Source of the DNA: an uncultured cyanobacterium
Lineage (GTDB): Bacteria > Cyanobacteriota > Cyanobacteriia > Cyanobacteriales > CAWUOF01
Assembly: GCA_963744145.1 (NCBI GenBank)
Contig: CAVUSO010000001.1
Location: 4,346,943-4,410,942 of the forward strand
Length of the DNA stretch: 64,000 nucleotides
Reading direction: 5' to 3'
Made by a program: the position numbers and the translations under genes. How positions within the stretch are numbered: position 1 is the first letter of the stretch; every line of letters starts with the position of its first letter. The notes beneath the pieces are model-generated. The model ran no database searches, had not been told where the DNA came from, and was given only the letters and a program-made list of their open reading frames with translations. Below are positions 48,239-56,528 of this stretch, one piece after another.

Positions 48239-48598
48239 ATGAGCAAGCTTGACTCCGATGGAGAGAAAAATTTAAAGCGTTTGGGGCTATTTATTTATTT
48301 GCTTCCTGTGGTAGGCTTTTTTCCGGCAGTGTGGACTGTATATCGTCGTCAGGGGAGTAAGCAAGAACAAGCTGTAAGTCGTTTAGCTATTACCTTAGCC
48401 TTAATTTGGCTGTCGGGATACTTTTTATTGGAAACAGGAGCTAGAAGTACGGAATTTTTGCAGGTGCCTTTGTTAATAACCAGTAGCATATTGACATCTA
48501 GTTACTTTTTGCTCAACATAGGGCTGATGATTCGTCTAGTCGCACGTAAACCCCTATGGTTACCCGGAATCAGCAAAATCAGCGATCGTTTACCCTAA
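48239..48598 (+). CDS. small integral membrane protein, hypothetical
   Basis: Three or four hydrophobic helices. ATG at 48239 lies within the ORF 48212..48598. Confidence 0.45.
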   Translation: MSKLDSDGEKNLKRLGLFIYLLPVVGFFPAVWTVYRRQGSKQEQAVSRLAITLALIWLSGYFLLETGARSTEFLQVPLLITSSILTSSYFLLNIGLMIRLVARKPLWLPGISKISDRLP

Positions 48599-48781
48599 TG
48601 CTAAAACCGATTGGTTGGAGTTTTTCGTCAGGACATCCCGATCATCGAGTCCAAATAGGAAGTTGTACTCATCTAGTTGATTGTCCGATGACTGATCATG
48701 TCCAGAATCCTGACTAGGTGGAAAAAACCCGATCGAGTCAAAAACTAACCAAATAATCTTAATTTCAAACTTTTTAAATGT

Positions 48782-50200
48782 GTGAGGAAGCTAGTGTCTG
48801 CTCAGAAAATATCTAATCCACAAAAAACTAAATCTCTCCTGAGAAAAACATCACAAATTAACCATAGACGTTGGTTCTGGTTGGGTTGTGGTTTAACTGG
48901 GGTAGCGATGTTATCAGCAACAGCAGGAGCATTATTAGCTGTATCTTTATCTAGTACCCCTTTGATGCAAAGAAAGTTAAGCTCGGAAGAAGCTGCGGTA
49001 TTTGCTCAAGGTGATTGGACGAGCATGAATCTGCGGTTACCCAATTTGACTCGTCCAGTCAATATTCTAGTTTTGGGGATGTCAGTGTTAACTTCGGACT
49101 TAAAAGAATATAAAACTACACCAGGAGAATACTTTCCCGAGGTTAATTCCTTTGATGGTCTTTCCGATGTCATGCTCCTGCTCCGGTTTAATCCTGACAC
49201 CAAAACCTTAAACGTGCTTTCCATTCCCAGAGATACCCGAGCTGAAGTGGAAGGGATGGGAATGACCAAAATCAATGATGCTAATTATCATGGTGGACCA
49301 GCGATCGCTGCTAAAGCAGTCAGTCAACTGTTAGCTGGAGTCCCCATCGATCGCTATGTACGAGTTAATGTCGGTGGAGTAGAAAAATTAGTTGAAGCTT
49401 TGGGTGGTGTGACAATTTATGTCCCCGAAGATATGAAATATCGAGATGATAGTCAACATTTATACATTAATCTCAAAGCTGGTAAGCAGCATCTGAATGG
49501 TAATCAAGCATTACAATATTTGCGTTTTCGCTATGACGATTTAGGAGATATTGGTCGGATTCAGCGTCAGCAAGTGATGATGCGAACACTGATTGAACAA
49601 TCACTCAACCCAGCTATACTGATTCGTTTACCGGAAATTCTGTCGGTAATTCAGGAGCATATTGATACTAATTTGAGTGTGGAAGAATTAATGGCTTTAG
49701 TGGGTTTTGGCGTCCAAACCGATCGCACCCATGTGAAAATGTTAATGGTACCGGGTGAATTTAGTGATCCGAAGGAATATGAGCTGAGTTTCTGGTTACC
49801 TCATAAGAATGAAATCGAAACAATGGTAGCCCAATATTTTGATGTCCATCCTAATTTAGTTAATAATACCTCAACATCGGAGTTAGACAATACTTATATG
49901 AAGATAGCGGTTCAAGATAGTACAAATCAGCCCGAAGCAGTAGATAAATTAATTGATACTTTAGTAAAATCTGGTTATAGTAAAGTTTATGTTAGTCGTC
50001 CATGGAGTGAACCTTTAGCTGTGACTCGAATTGTTGCTCAAAATGGAGATATTAAAGAAGCTGAAGCTGTACGGAGGTCTTTGGGTTTTGGAGAAGTCCG
50101 GGTGGAAAGCACTGGGAGTCTTACTTCTGATGTTACAGTTCAGTTAGGTAAAGATTGGTTGAAGAAAAAACAACAGTCGGTTGATCCTAACAAAGTTTAA
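48782..50200 (+). CDS. LCP (LytR-CpsA-Psr) family protein
   Basis: N-terminal TM, then NILVLGMS...SDVMLLLRFNPDTKTLNVLSIPRDT and LQYLRFRYDDLGDIGRIQRQQ. Confidence 0.8.
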   Translation: MRKLVSAQKISNPQKTKSLLRKTSQINHRRWFWLGCGLTGVAMLSATAGALLAVSLSSTPLMQRKLSSEEAAVFAQGDWTSMNLRLPNLTRPVNILVLGMSVLTSDLKEYKTTPGEYFPEVNSFDGLSDVMLLLRFNPDTKTLNVLSIPRDTRAEVEGMGMTKINDANYHGGPAIAAKAVSQLLAGVPIDRYVRVNVGGVEKLVEALGGVTIYVPEDMKYRDDSQHLYINLKAGKQHLNGNQALQYLRFRYDDLGDIGRIQRQQVMMRTLIEQSLNPAILIRLPEILSVIQEHIDTNLSVEELMALVGFGVQTDRTHVKMLMVPGEFSDPKEYELSFWLPHKNEIETMVAQYFDVHPNLVNNTSTSELDNTYMKIAVQDSTNQPEAVDKLIDTLVKSGYSKVYVSRPWSEPLAVTRIVAQNGDIKEAEAVRRSLGFGEVRVESTGSLTSDVTVQLGKDWLKKKQQSVDPNKV

Positions 50201-50219
50201 TGGCGATAATTTGTCAAGA

Positions 50220-50283
50220 GGTGAAGCATTCGGGCGATAATTTGTCACTTCAACTCATTCCTATTAGATCCGAATGCTTCACC
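50220..50283. repeat. solo GGTGAAGCATTCGG...CCGAATGCTTCACC hairpin element
   Basis: The same hairpin occurs inside the MITEs at 23396 and 32222. It sits between convergent genes. Confidence 0.7.
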
Positions 50284-50297
50284 TTTCTTCGCCTTAA

Positions 50298-51689
50298 TTA
50301 TTTGATCGTGCAAGTATTGCAGCCACAAACTGAATTTACGCCCGGTTCAGTAGTTAACCATTGACCATTCCAACCACCACTATTCGCACAAGTATTAGGA
50401 CATTTGTTCTGAGCATCCTGCTGACTCCAAATTGCTCCGGCATTCAAATCGCAACCGCAAGTATAATTATCCCTAATTTCCTGTTTTATAGTCTTTGCCA
50501 TGGTATTTAACCAGTTTTTTGCGTCATTGTCTAGAGTAAACAAGATGGGGTTAGCTGTATTGATCAAATCATACATTTTTTGGTAAGTGGGATAGGATTG
50601 AGACAATTGAGTAAACACCGTATGCCGAGTAGGCATTAAGTATTGAGGTATACCAGATTCATCGGCACTAATACTTTTAACCATATAGTCGGAAGACGCT
50701 AATAAATTGGCAAGTTTGACAGCTAAGTCACGATTGCCCCGCTCAACTGCTTGAGGATGAATTCCAATTACATCTGCATAAAAAAGAGCTTGGCGATCGT
50801 CATCAGCAAGGGGCATCAATTTAAAATCAATCTTCTTCAAATAATCTGGATTCATGGCGGACATTGATTCAGTGAATCCAACTACAGCCCGTCCTTTACC
50901 ATTGCTAAACCAATTCGCTCTGATGTAGGGATCACTGGTGTCCTGGGTAGCATTATAATAGCTGGACATTTTCAACAGTTTGCGTAAGTTAGCGATCGCA
51001 TTCTGATCAACTTCCTGTTGATTCCATGGTTCGGGTACAGGAAATTTATCGGTGATACTAGCTAGAGCATCAATATAAAGACAAGCATTAGTAGTGCTCC
51101 CAGCCAGATCTACCATTAATCCTTGCTGATCAGGGGGTTGTTGGCTAGTGTAACTACACTGACCAATGGTATGATAAATATCATCAAGTTTGCTAGCCTT
51201 TTGCAAAGCTATATCTGTATTCCAGTAGAAAAGAATATTGGTACAACCTAATTGGGGAATGGCATAGTATGTATTTTCGGCTTTGTGATCTTTAACTCCG
51301 TTAATTGCATAGGGCAAAAAATCATCGGCTGCTTCGATTTCCTGACTATTTAATGGTAGTAACCAGCCATGAGAACGAAAGTAATTAAGAAAGATCGCAT
51401 CAAAGACGTAAACGTCAGCGTTTTGGGGAGGTTCATTATGATAACCACCATCCCACTCTTGTGATGACAGGATCTGTAGCGTGACTTCTGGTTCAATTTG
51501 CTGCCATGCAGTTTGAATTGACTGTTTGAATTGTTCTAGTCTAGGAACCCAAGGATATAAAGCAACAGTTAGGGTTTTCTGATTTGAAACTGACCAAGCA
51601 GGAGGTGAAAAACCCAAGATTGTAGCCAGAAAAAAGCTGGCGATCGCCAAACCAGAAATAACCCTTGTCCAAGTTTTTTTCGGTAACAT
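50298..51689 (-). CDS. secreted thiaminase I (thiamine pyridinylase)-like protein with C-terminal MVL-type Cys-rich lectin domain
   Basis: Signal peptide. LTVALYPWVPRLEQF, DVYVFDAIFLNYF, YAIPQLGCTNILFY (nucleophile Cys position), YIRANWFSNGKGRAVVGFTESM and QYLMPTRH parallel Paenibacillus thiaminase I. The tail AGAIWSQQDAQNKCPNTCANSGGWNGQWLTTEPGVNSVCGC parallels an MVL repeat. Confidence 0.75.
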   Translation of the reverse strand: MLPKKTWTRVISGLAIASFFLATILGFSPPAWSVSNQKTLTVALYPWVPRLEQFKQSIQTAWQQIEPEVTLQILSSQEWDGGYHNEPPQNADVYVFDAIFLNYFRSHGWLLPLNSQEIEAADDFLPYAINGVKDHKAENTYYAIPQLGCTNILFYWNTDIALQKASKLDDIYHTIGQCSYTSQQPPDQQGLMVDLAGSTTNACLYIDALASITDKFPVPEPWNQQEVDQNAIANLRKLLKMSSYYNATQDTSDPYIRANWFSNGKGRAVVGFTESMSAMNPDYLKKIDFKLMPLADDDRQALFYADVIGIHPQAVERGNRDLAVKLANLLASSDYMVKSISADESGIPQYLMPTRHTVFTQLSQSYPTYQKMYDLINTANPILFTLDNDAKNWLNTMAKTIKQEIRDNYTCGCDLNAGAIWSQQDAQNKCPNTCANSGGWNGQWLTTEPGVNSVCGCNTCTIK

Positions 51690-52033
51690 TTGTTAATTTA
51701 CTCCTATGATAACTTTCCGGTCTGAGATCGTTACGGTTAACCAGACTCAAGCAATTTCGGATTGAAATCGGCTGGCGTTCCTCTTTAGATATATAATTTG
51801 GTTTTAACATCTGTCAATTAAACTTAAATTTTATTTATAAAAGATTACATAGAATATTTTATTTGGTTAAAATAAATTGTAAATAATCATAAATTTTTCT
51901 AATAATCTAATATTATTATGGTATCTATTATTATCCCTAGTGTATTGAGTAAACGACTTAATATTTTGGGTTTAATCAATCGAGAAAATCAATTAGAATA
52001 TGGCTCTCCCGGATTTATGGTTATAAGTAAGAC

Positions 52034-53197
52034 TTATATTGCCTGAACAGCGAGCATTTCCGCCCTCATTAACCAAAAGATTTGTAGCTTAAGATACTTT
52101 TTTACCACAGAGCCGAGAGAGCCTAATTTTTCAGATGATTCAAACTCGAGTTGGTCACCTTTATATCGGCTAGGAACTTGGCTGATAATAATACTGGGCA
52201 AAGGATCTCGATCATCTGTGGCAGGAGATTTAGCACCAATCAATTTCAGGATTTTTTCTGTTCCTGCCAAAGACTGAGCGCTTAATGTTGTGACAAATGT
52301 TCTGTATACTCTTGGATCAAGTAGTAAACCTGTAGCAAGTTCGGAAAGTCCAGCACGTAAATCTACTAACACCGCATCTACTCCTAATTTTTTGCCGAGC
52401 TTAGACAAAATTTCTGTGAGAATAAACGGATTACTCGAACCTTGAATAAGATGCTCTGGTCGAATCTCTAAAGATGTAAAGTCTTGACTGGAACGATAGG
52501 CTGGTAATACATAAATTCCATCTACCATACTATCAATCAAACGATCGGCAACTAATTGAATTGCGATCGCTCCATCAGGAGAAGTATCTCCATGTACCAG
52601 TGCGAGGAGATCGGCAAAAGCAATCAGTGGATTTGGAAAGCGTTTTTCAAATATCCAACTAATCCCAGGAGCTTCTAGATCGGCATCAATTAATAGCACT
52701 TGATATTTCTCTGAAGAAGTGGATAGTGCTTGAGCTAAAGCTAAAATGTGAGTTGTTCTGCCTACTCCCCCTTTAAATGAATGAAAAGTAACCACAGGAG
52801 GCAAATTTGGTTCTAACGGGGTGGGAAATTCTGGTAATTGGTTCGGCTGCCAGATTACACTGGGGCGAGTTAAGCTAGAAATTAATTTTGGTACATAAGG
52901 GCTTTCATCTGTTTCTTCAAAGATGATTGGTAAGGTGCGATCGCTACCATTTAGACCTTCTAAAATAATTGCATCATATTTAGCTTCTGAATTATCTTGA
53001 AATCTAGGCTCAAAGTTTTCTTGTAACCATTGCTTTACTTGTGGTTGGCTATGAGGACGAATACCTAAAGTTAAATTATCCCAATAAGCTCGAATCCAAA
53101 TGACAGATTGCTCCCATCCATTTTCAAGGGTTTGAAGATATAGGAAAACTTCTTCAACATCAACCCATGTATATAACCGAATATGTGAAGGGATCAT
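52034..53197 (-). CDS. ParA/MinD-fold ATPase with variant Walker A KGGVGR and an unassigned ~140-aa N-terminal domain
   Basis: FHSFKGGVGRTTHILALAQAL, and LLIDADLEAPG (Walker A' / switch region). Confidence 0.65.
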   Translation of the reverse strand: MIPSHIRLYTWVDVEEVFLYLQTLENGWEQSVIWIRAYWDNLTLGIRPHSQPQVKQWLQENFEPRFQDNSEAKYDAIILEGLNGSDRTLPIIFEETDESPYVPKLISSLTRPSVIWQPNQLPEFPTPLEPNLPPVVTFHSFKGGVGRTTHILALAQALSTSSEKYQVLLIDADLEAPGISWIFEKRFPNPLIAFADLLALVHGDTSPDGAIAIQLVADRLIDSMVDGIYVLPAYRSSQDFTSLEIRPEHLIQGSSNPFILTEILSKLGKKLGVDAVLVDLRAGLSELATGLLLDPRVYRTFVTTLSAQSLAGTEKILKLIGAKSPATDDRDPLPSIIISQVPSRYKGDQLEFESSEKLGSLGSVVKKYLKLQIFWLMRAEMLAVQAI

Positions 53198-53402
53198 AAA
53201 TTAATGTTTTCCTTAATCCAGACGTAAAATCGGCTATAATGGTTGCCACAGAACTGGATATTGATCACTTGATCTTTGATTTGGTTCATGATTGACTTGG
53301 GAATAGGAGAAAATGAGGTATAATTTTTTGTATTACCCAATTTTTTCGGTAATATTAGACTATACTCAATTATAACCTTGAGCAGATATCTAGGCAATAG
53401 CA

Positions 53403-55232
53403 ATGACTCGCAAAGCCTTAGTCATCGGGATTAAAAATTATCCCAACTTCAGGGGAAGAGGACAAAGACAGGATCTGGAAAACCATCCTCTGGATGCAAA
53501 AGCGATCGCCGATTTTTTGAGAAAGTTCGGACGCTTTGAGGTGGAAGTTCTCCCCAAAACTGAGATTGATGGAGCTTATCAGGTTGATGAAAAAGGTATT
53601 GTAACAGCAAAGCAGCTAAAGAATGCCATTTACGATTTGTTTGTTGATCCCAAAGATGGTAAGATCCCCCAGACTGCATTACTATTTTTTGCTGGTCACG
53701 GTTTAGCGATCGAGGAATATCGCAAAACGATCGGCTATCTCTGTACAAGTGACACAAATAAAGACCAAGAAAAATGGGGTGTAGAGTTTCGCTGGTTAGC
53801 TGAACAACTTGGAAACAGTCAAGTATCAGAGCAAATTATCTGGTTAGATTGTTGTCACAGTGGACACTTGACTCAGCAAATTTTTGAGCAGACAAATCCT
53901 GGGAATCGAGATGATATAAAGCGCTCAATTATTGCGTCTTGTAGGGATTCAGAAATATCCCTAGGTGTAGATGGTCACGGGGTGCTGACACATCTTTTGA
54001 AAAAAGTGCTTCACCCTGAACAGTATGATGTTAGTTTTGCTATTAACAGTTCAGAAATTCAAGCAGCAGTAGAGCGAGAATTTCATGCTCATCCCAAATT
54101 TGGGACTTATCCTCAGCGTCCGTTATTTTTCCATTGTGGTAGACCAATTCATTTTTGGGAAGGTAGAGGGAAGCAAAGCGATCGCAAGTTTGAAATTTCT
54201 TCCGCAAATCAACCTTTTTGGTTAGCAGATAGCTTGCAGAATGATTCCCCATCTCTTAATAATTCCGAGTTATCTTGGTTTTGTTCTCTTCGAGAAGATC
54301 CAAATGTTTATGATCGGATTAGAAAAGCATACCAAGACTCTTTACCTCCCGATGCAGGATTGTGGGATTTAGAAGGAAATAATCTTCACCAGATTTTACA
54401 AGAGCTTAAAGTATTTAGAAGATTATTTGAATTTTTTAACCGTCTTAGTAAAGATGAAAATTTGCCTGAAGAAATTCGCGATCGCTTCAAAAACTGGGCT
54501 GAAAGGTTAGAGCCAAAAAAGTATCCAGATCCGATTAATTCTAGCGATCGCGAACTTGAATCCTATTTAATTGCTAAAATTGAACCTGATGAGGGATCTG
54601 ACAAATTTTTAGTAAATGCTTGGTTAATTATGGATAACTCAATCCCAGCAAATAACCTATTTAGATTTGAATCTCTGATTGATGGGAATGAACATCAACA
54701 GGGAATAGTTTGTCAATTTAATCAAATCCCAGAAAAATTAAATGAATTTCTAAAAAAATCTCGTAGAAATCTCCGAGGGAGAAAATATAACTTAACTATT
54801 GAGGTGTTTGTACCCAGTGATTTAATGTGTACAGAAGTCGATCGCTGGAAAATTATTGACCCAATCGATGATGAAGCTACTTTGGGTATTAGGTATCCGA
54901 TTCGATTGCGATCGGTAGAACGGTTACAGATTGATTATTTGGATGCGTATTTGTCTGATTGGTATAAACAGTGGGAGCGGGTAAAAAATATCTTCCATAA
55001 GGAACCAACTCCAGAATTATTTGAAACTATTGAGAAAATGGAAAATTTTAATTGGAAAATGTTGAAAAATAGTTTAATGGAAAAAATTGGTCTTAAGCTA
55101 ACTTGCGCTCATCCTCAAGGGAAAAGAAAGGAGTTATTTAAAGCTATTTTAACAGCAACCACTCCCATTGCTATTTGGACAAGATGTGATATTCCTAATG
55201 TAGATCAAGTAGCTGATACCAATTCACCATGA
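53403..55232 (+). CDS. caspase (peptidase C14) domain fused to a VMAP-like (vWA-MoxR associated protein) middle and C-terminal region
   Basis: KALVIGIKNY, catalytic His in LLFFAGHG, and Cys in IWLDCCHSGH. The C-terminal half (YNLTIEVFVPSDLMCTEVDRWKI...TPIAIWTRCD) resembles VMAP-C. It probably lost its extreme C-terminus to the repeat insertion at 55270. Confidence 0.65.
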   Translation: MTRKALVIGIKNYPNFRGRGQRQDLENHPLDAKAIADFLRKFGRFEVEVLPKTEIDGAYQVDEKGIVTAKQLKNAIYDLFVDPKDGKIPQTALLFFAGHGLAIEEYRKTIGYLCTSDTNKDQEKWGVEFRWLAEQLGNSQVSEQIIWLDCCHSGHLTQQIFEQTNPGNRDDIKRSIIASCRDSEISLGVDGHGVLTHLLKKVLHPEQYDVSFAINSSEIQAAVEREFHAHPKFGTYPQRPLFFHCGRPIHFWEGRGKQSDRKFEISSANQPFWLADSLQNDSPSLNNSELSWFCSLREDPNVYDRIRKAYQDSLPPDAGLWDLEGNNLHQILQELKVFRRLFEFFNRLSKDENLPEEIRDRFKNWAERLEPKKYPDPINSSDRELESYLIAKIEPDEGSDKFLVNAWLIMDNSIPANNLFRFESLIDGNEHQQGIVCQFNQIPEKLNEFLKKSRRNLRGRKYNLTIEVFVPSDLMCTEVDRWKIIDPIDDEATLGIRYPIRLRSVERLQIDYLDAYLSDWYKQWERVKNIFHKEPTPELFETIEKMENFNWKMLKNSLMEKIGLKLTCAHPQGKRKELFKAILTATTPIAIWTRCDIPNVDQVADTNSP

Positions 55233-55269
55233 AGATACATTGATGTATATTGATCTGTGGGTGAGGGTG

Positions 55270-55462
55270 GGTTTTGATGATTAGTAGGTAAATGTCAAAC
55301 ATCTCGGTGAACCCGGGCGGGTTTTTCTAATTAATTGGTAAATTTCAAAAATCTGGGCGAACCCGCCCCTACTACAGAAATCCGCAAATTGAGGATAAAA
55401 TTGGTAGGGGCAGGTTCACCAGTCAATTTTGCCACCAACAGATCACCATTATAAACCTGCCC
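55270..55462. repeat. cluster of GGGCGGGTT/AACCCGCCC and GTAGGGGCAGGTTCACC hairpin repeats inserted between two genes
   Basis: Two GGG(T/C)GGGTTT...GAACCCG(G/C)C units plus the 59-nt element (55404-55462) also found at 3530-3588. Confidence 0.7.
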
Positions 55463-55709
55463 TGACCTAACAGATCAACCTCAGATTAAGTGCAATTTCA
55501 TAGTTAATTGGTATGAACCCCATGATGATATTAATCGTCTTCCTGATCCCCCCAGTTAGCGTAAATTTACGGGTGCAGATGAGGAAATTATTACAGAAAT
55601 TGAACAACGCTGGGAAAAGTTTGGTGATAGTTTAGATCACAATAAAAGGGATGAGGAACGGGGTAAAAGTTTCCGTATCCATAGTGATCAGGATAATGAC
55701 CGAAATAGT

Positions 55710-56528
55710 GTGATTAATATGGTCAATGCTGCTTTATATTTAAGACGACCTTTATTAGTTACAGGAAAACCAGGGACAGGTAAAACCTCTTTAGCTTATG
55801 CGATCGCTTATGAATTAAAATTAGGGACTGTATTACCTTGGTATATTACAGCCCGTTCAACTTTACAAGAGGGATTATATCGCTATGATGCGATCGCGCG
55901 TCTGCAAGATGTGCAAATGGGTGATAAAAGTAAAGATATCGGTCGCTATATTACATTAGGTTCACTAGGAACAGCATTACTCCCTTCCCGTCGTCCTCGT
56001 GTATTATTGATTGATGAAGTAGACAAAAGTGATATTAATTTACCCAATGATTTACTCAACTTATTTGAGGAGGGAGAATTTAAAATCCCAGAATTAGTCC
56101 GGATTTCTAAAGACGTGAATCAGGTAGAAGTTCGTACTTATGATGGCATAGATGTCCCCATAAAAGACGGTAAAGTGCGTTGTCTGAATTTTCCATTTAT
56201 TATTTTGACAAGTAACGGTGAACGAGATTTTCCGCCAGCATTTCTCAGACGTTGTTTAAGGTTAAATATGCCTTATAATCCTGATGCAACAGCGTTACTG
56301 GAAATAGTAAAAGCCCATTTAGAGAAAGATAAATTAACTCAAGATCAGCCAAAAATCGAGAATTTAATCAATAAGTTTAAAGAATTACGAGAAGGAGGAG
56401 ATATTGCCACAGATCAACTACTGAATGCAATTTATATGGTGACTCGTGAGTTTAAACCTGAACCAGCAGAAGAAAAAGACCTAATTGAAGTGCTAATGAA
56501 ATACTTAAGCAGTGCGGAGGATCGATGA
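55710..56528 (+). CDS. MoxR-type AAA+ ATPase, N-terminally compromised
   Basis: Walker [14 protein letters not shown], Walker [12 protein letters not shown], and sensor region FLRRCLRL. The same frame continues upstream to 55509 ([26 protein letters not shown]...) with an in-frame TAG at 55557-55559 and no ATG. Confidence 0.7.
   Translation: MINMVNAALYLRRPLLVTGKPGTGKTSLAYAIAYELKLGTVLPWYITARSTLQEGLYRYDAIARLQDVQMGDKSKDIGRYITLGSLGTALLPSRRPRVLLIDEVDKSDINLPNDLLNLFEEGEFKIPELVRISKDVNQVEVRTYDGIDVPIKDGKVRCLNFPFIILTSNGERDFPPAFLRRCLRLNMPYNPDATALLEIVKAHLEKDKLTQDQPKIENLINKFKELREGGDIATDQLLNAIYMVTREFKPEPAEEKDLIEVLMKYLSSAEDR

Noticed and set aside
53194-53403. 69-aa minus ORF between the ParA-like and caspase genes
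   Set aside because: It lies in the AT-rich divergent promoter region, has an Ile/Asn/Lys-rich composition and no RBS. It is likely spurious.
55557-55559. In-frame TAG in the MoxR upstream frame, considered as recoding or readthrough
   Set aside because: There is no start codon upstream and a repeat insertion is adjacent. The neighbouring gene carries independent frameshifts. A simple nonsense mutation in a decaying locus is more parsimonious.
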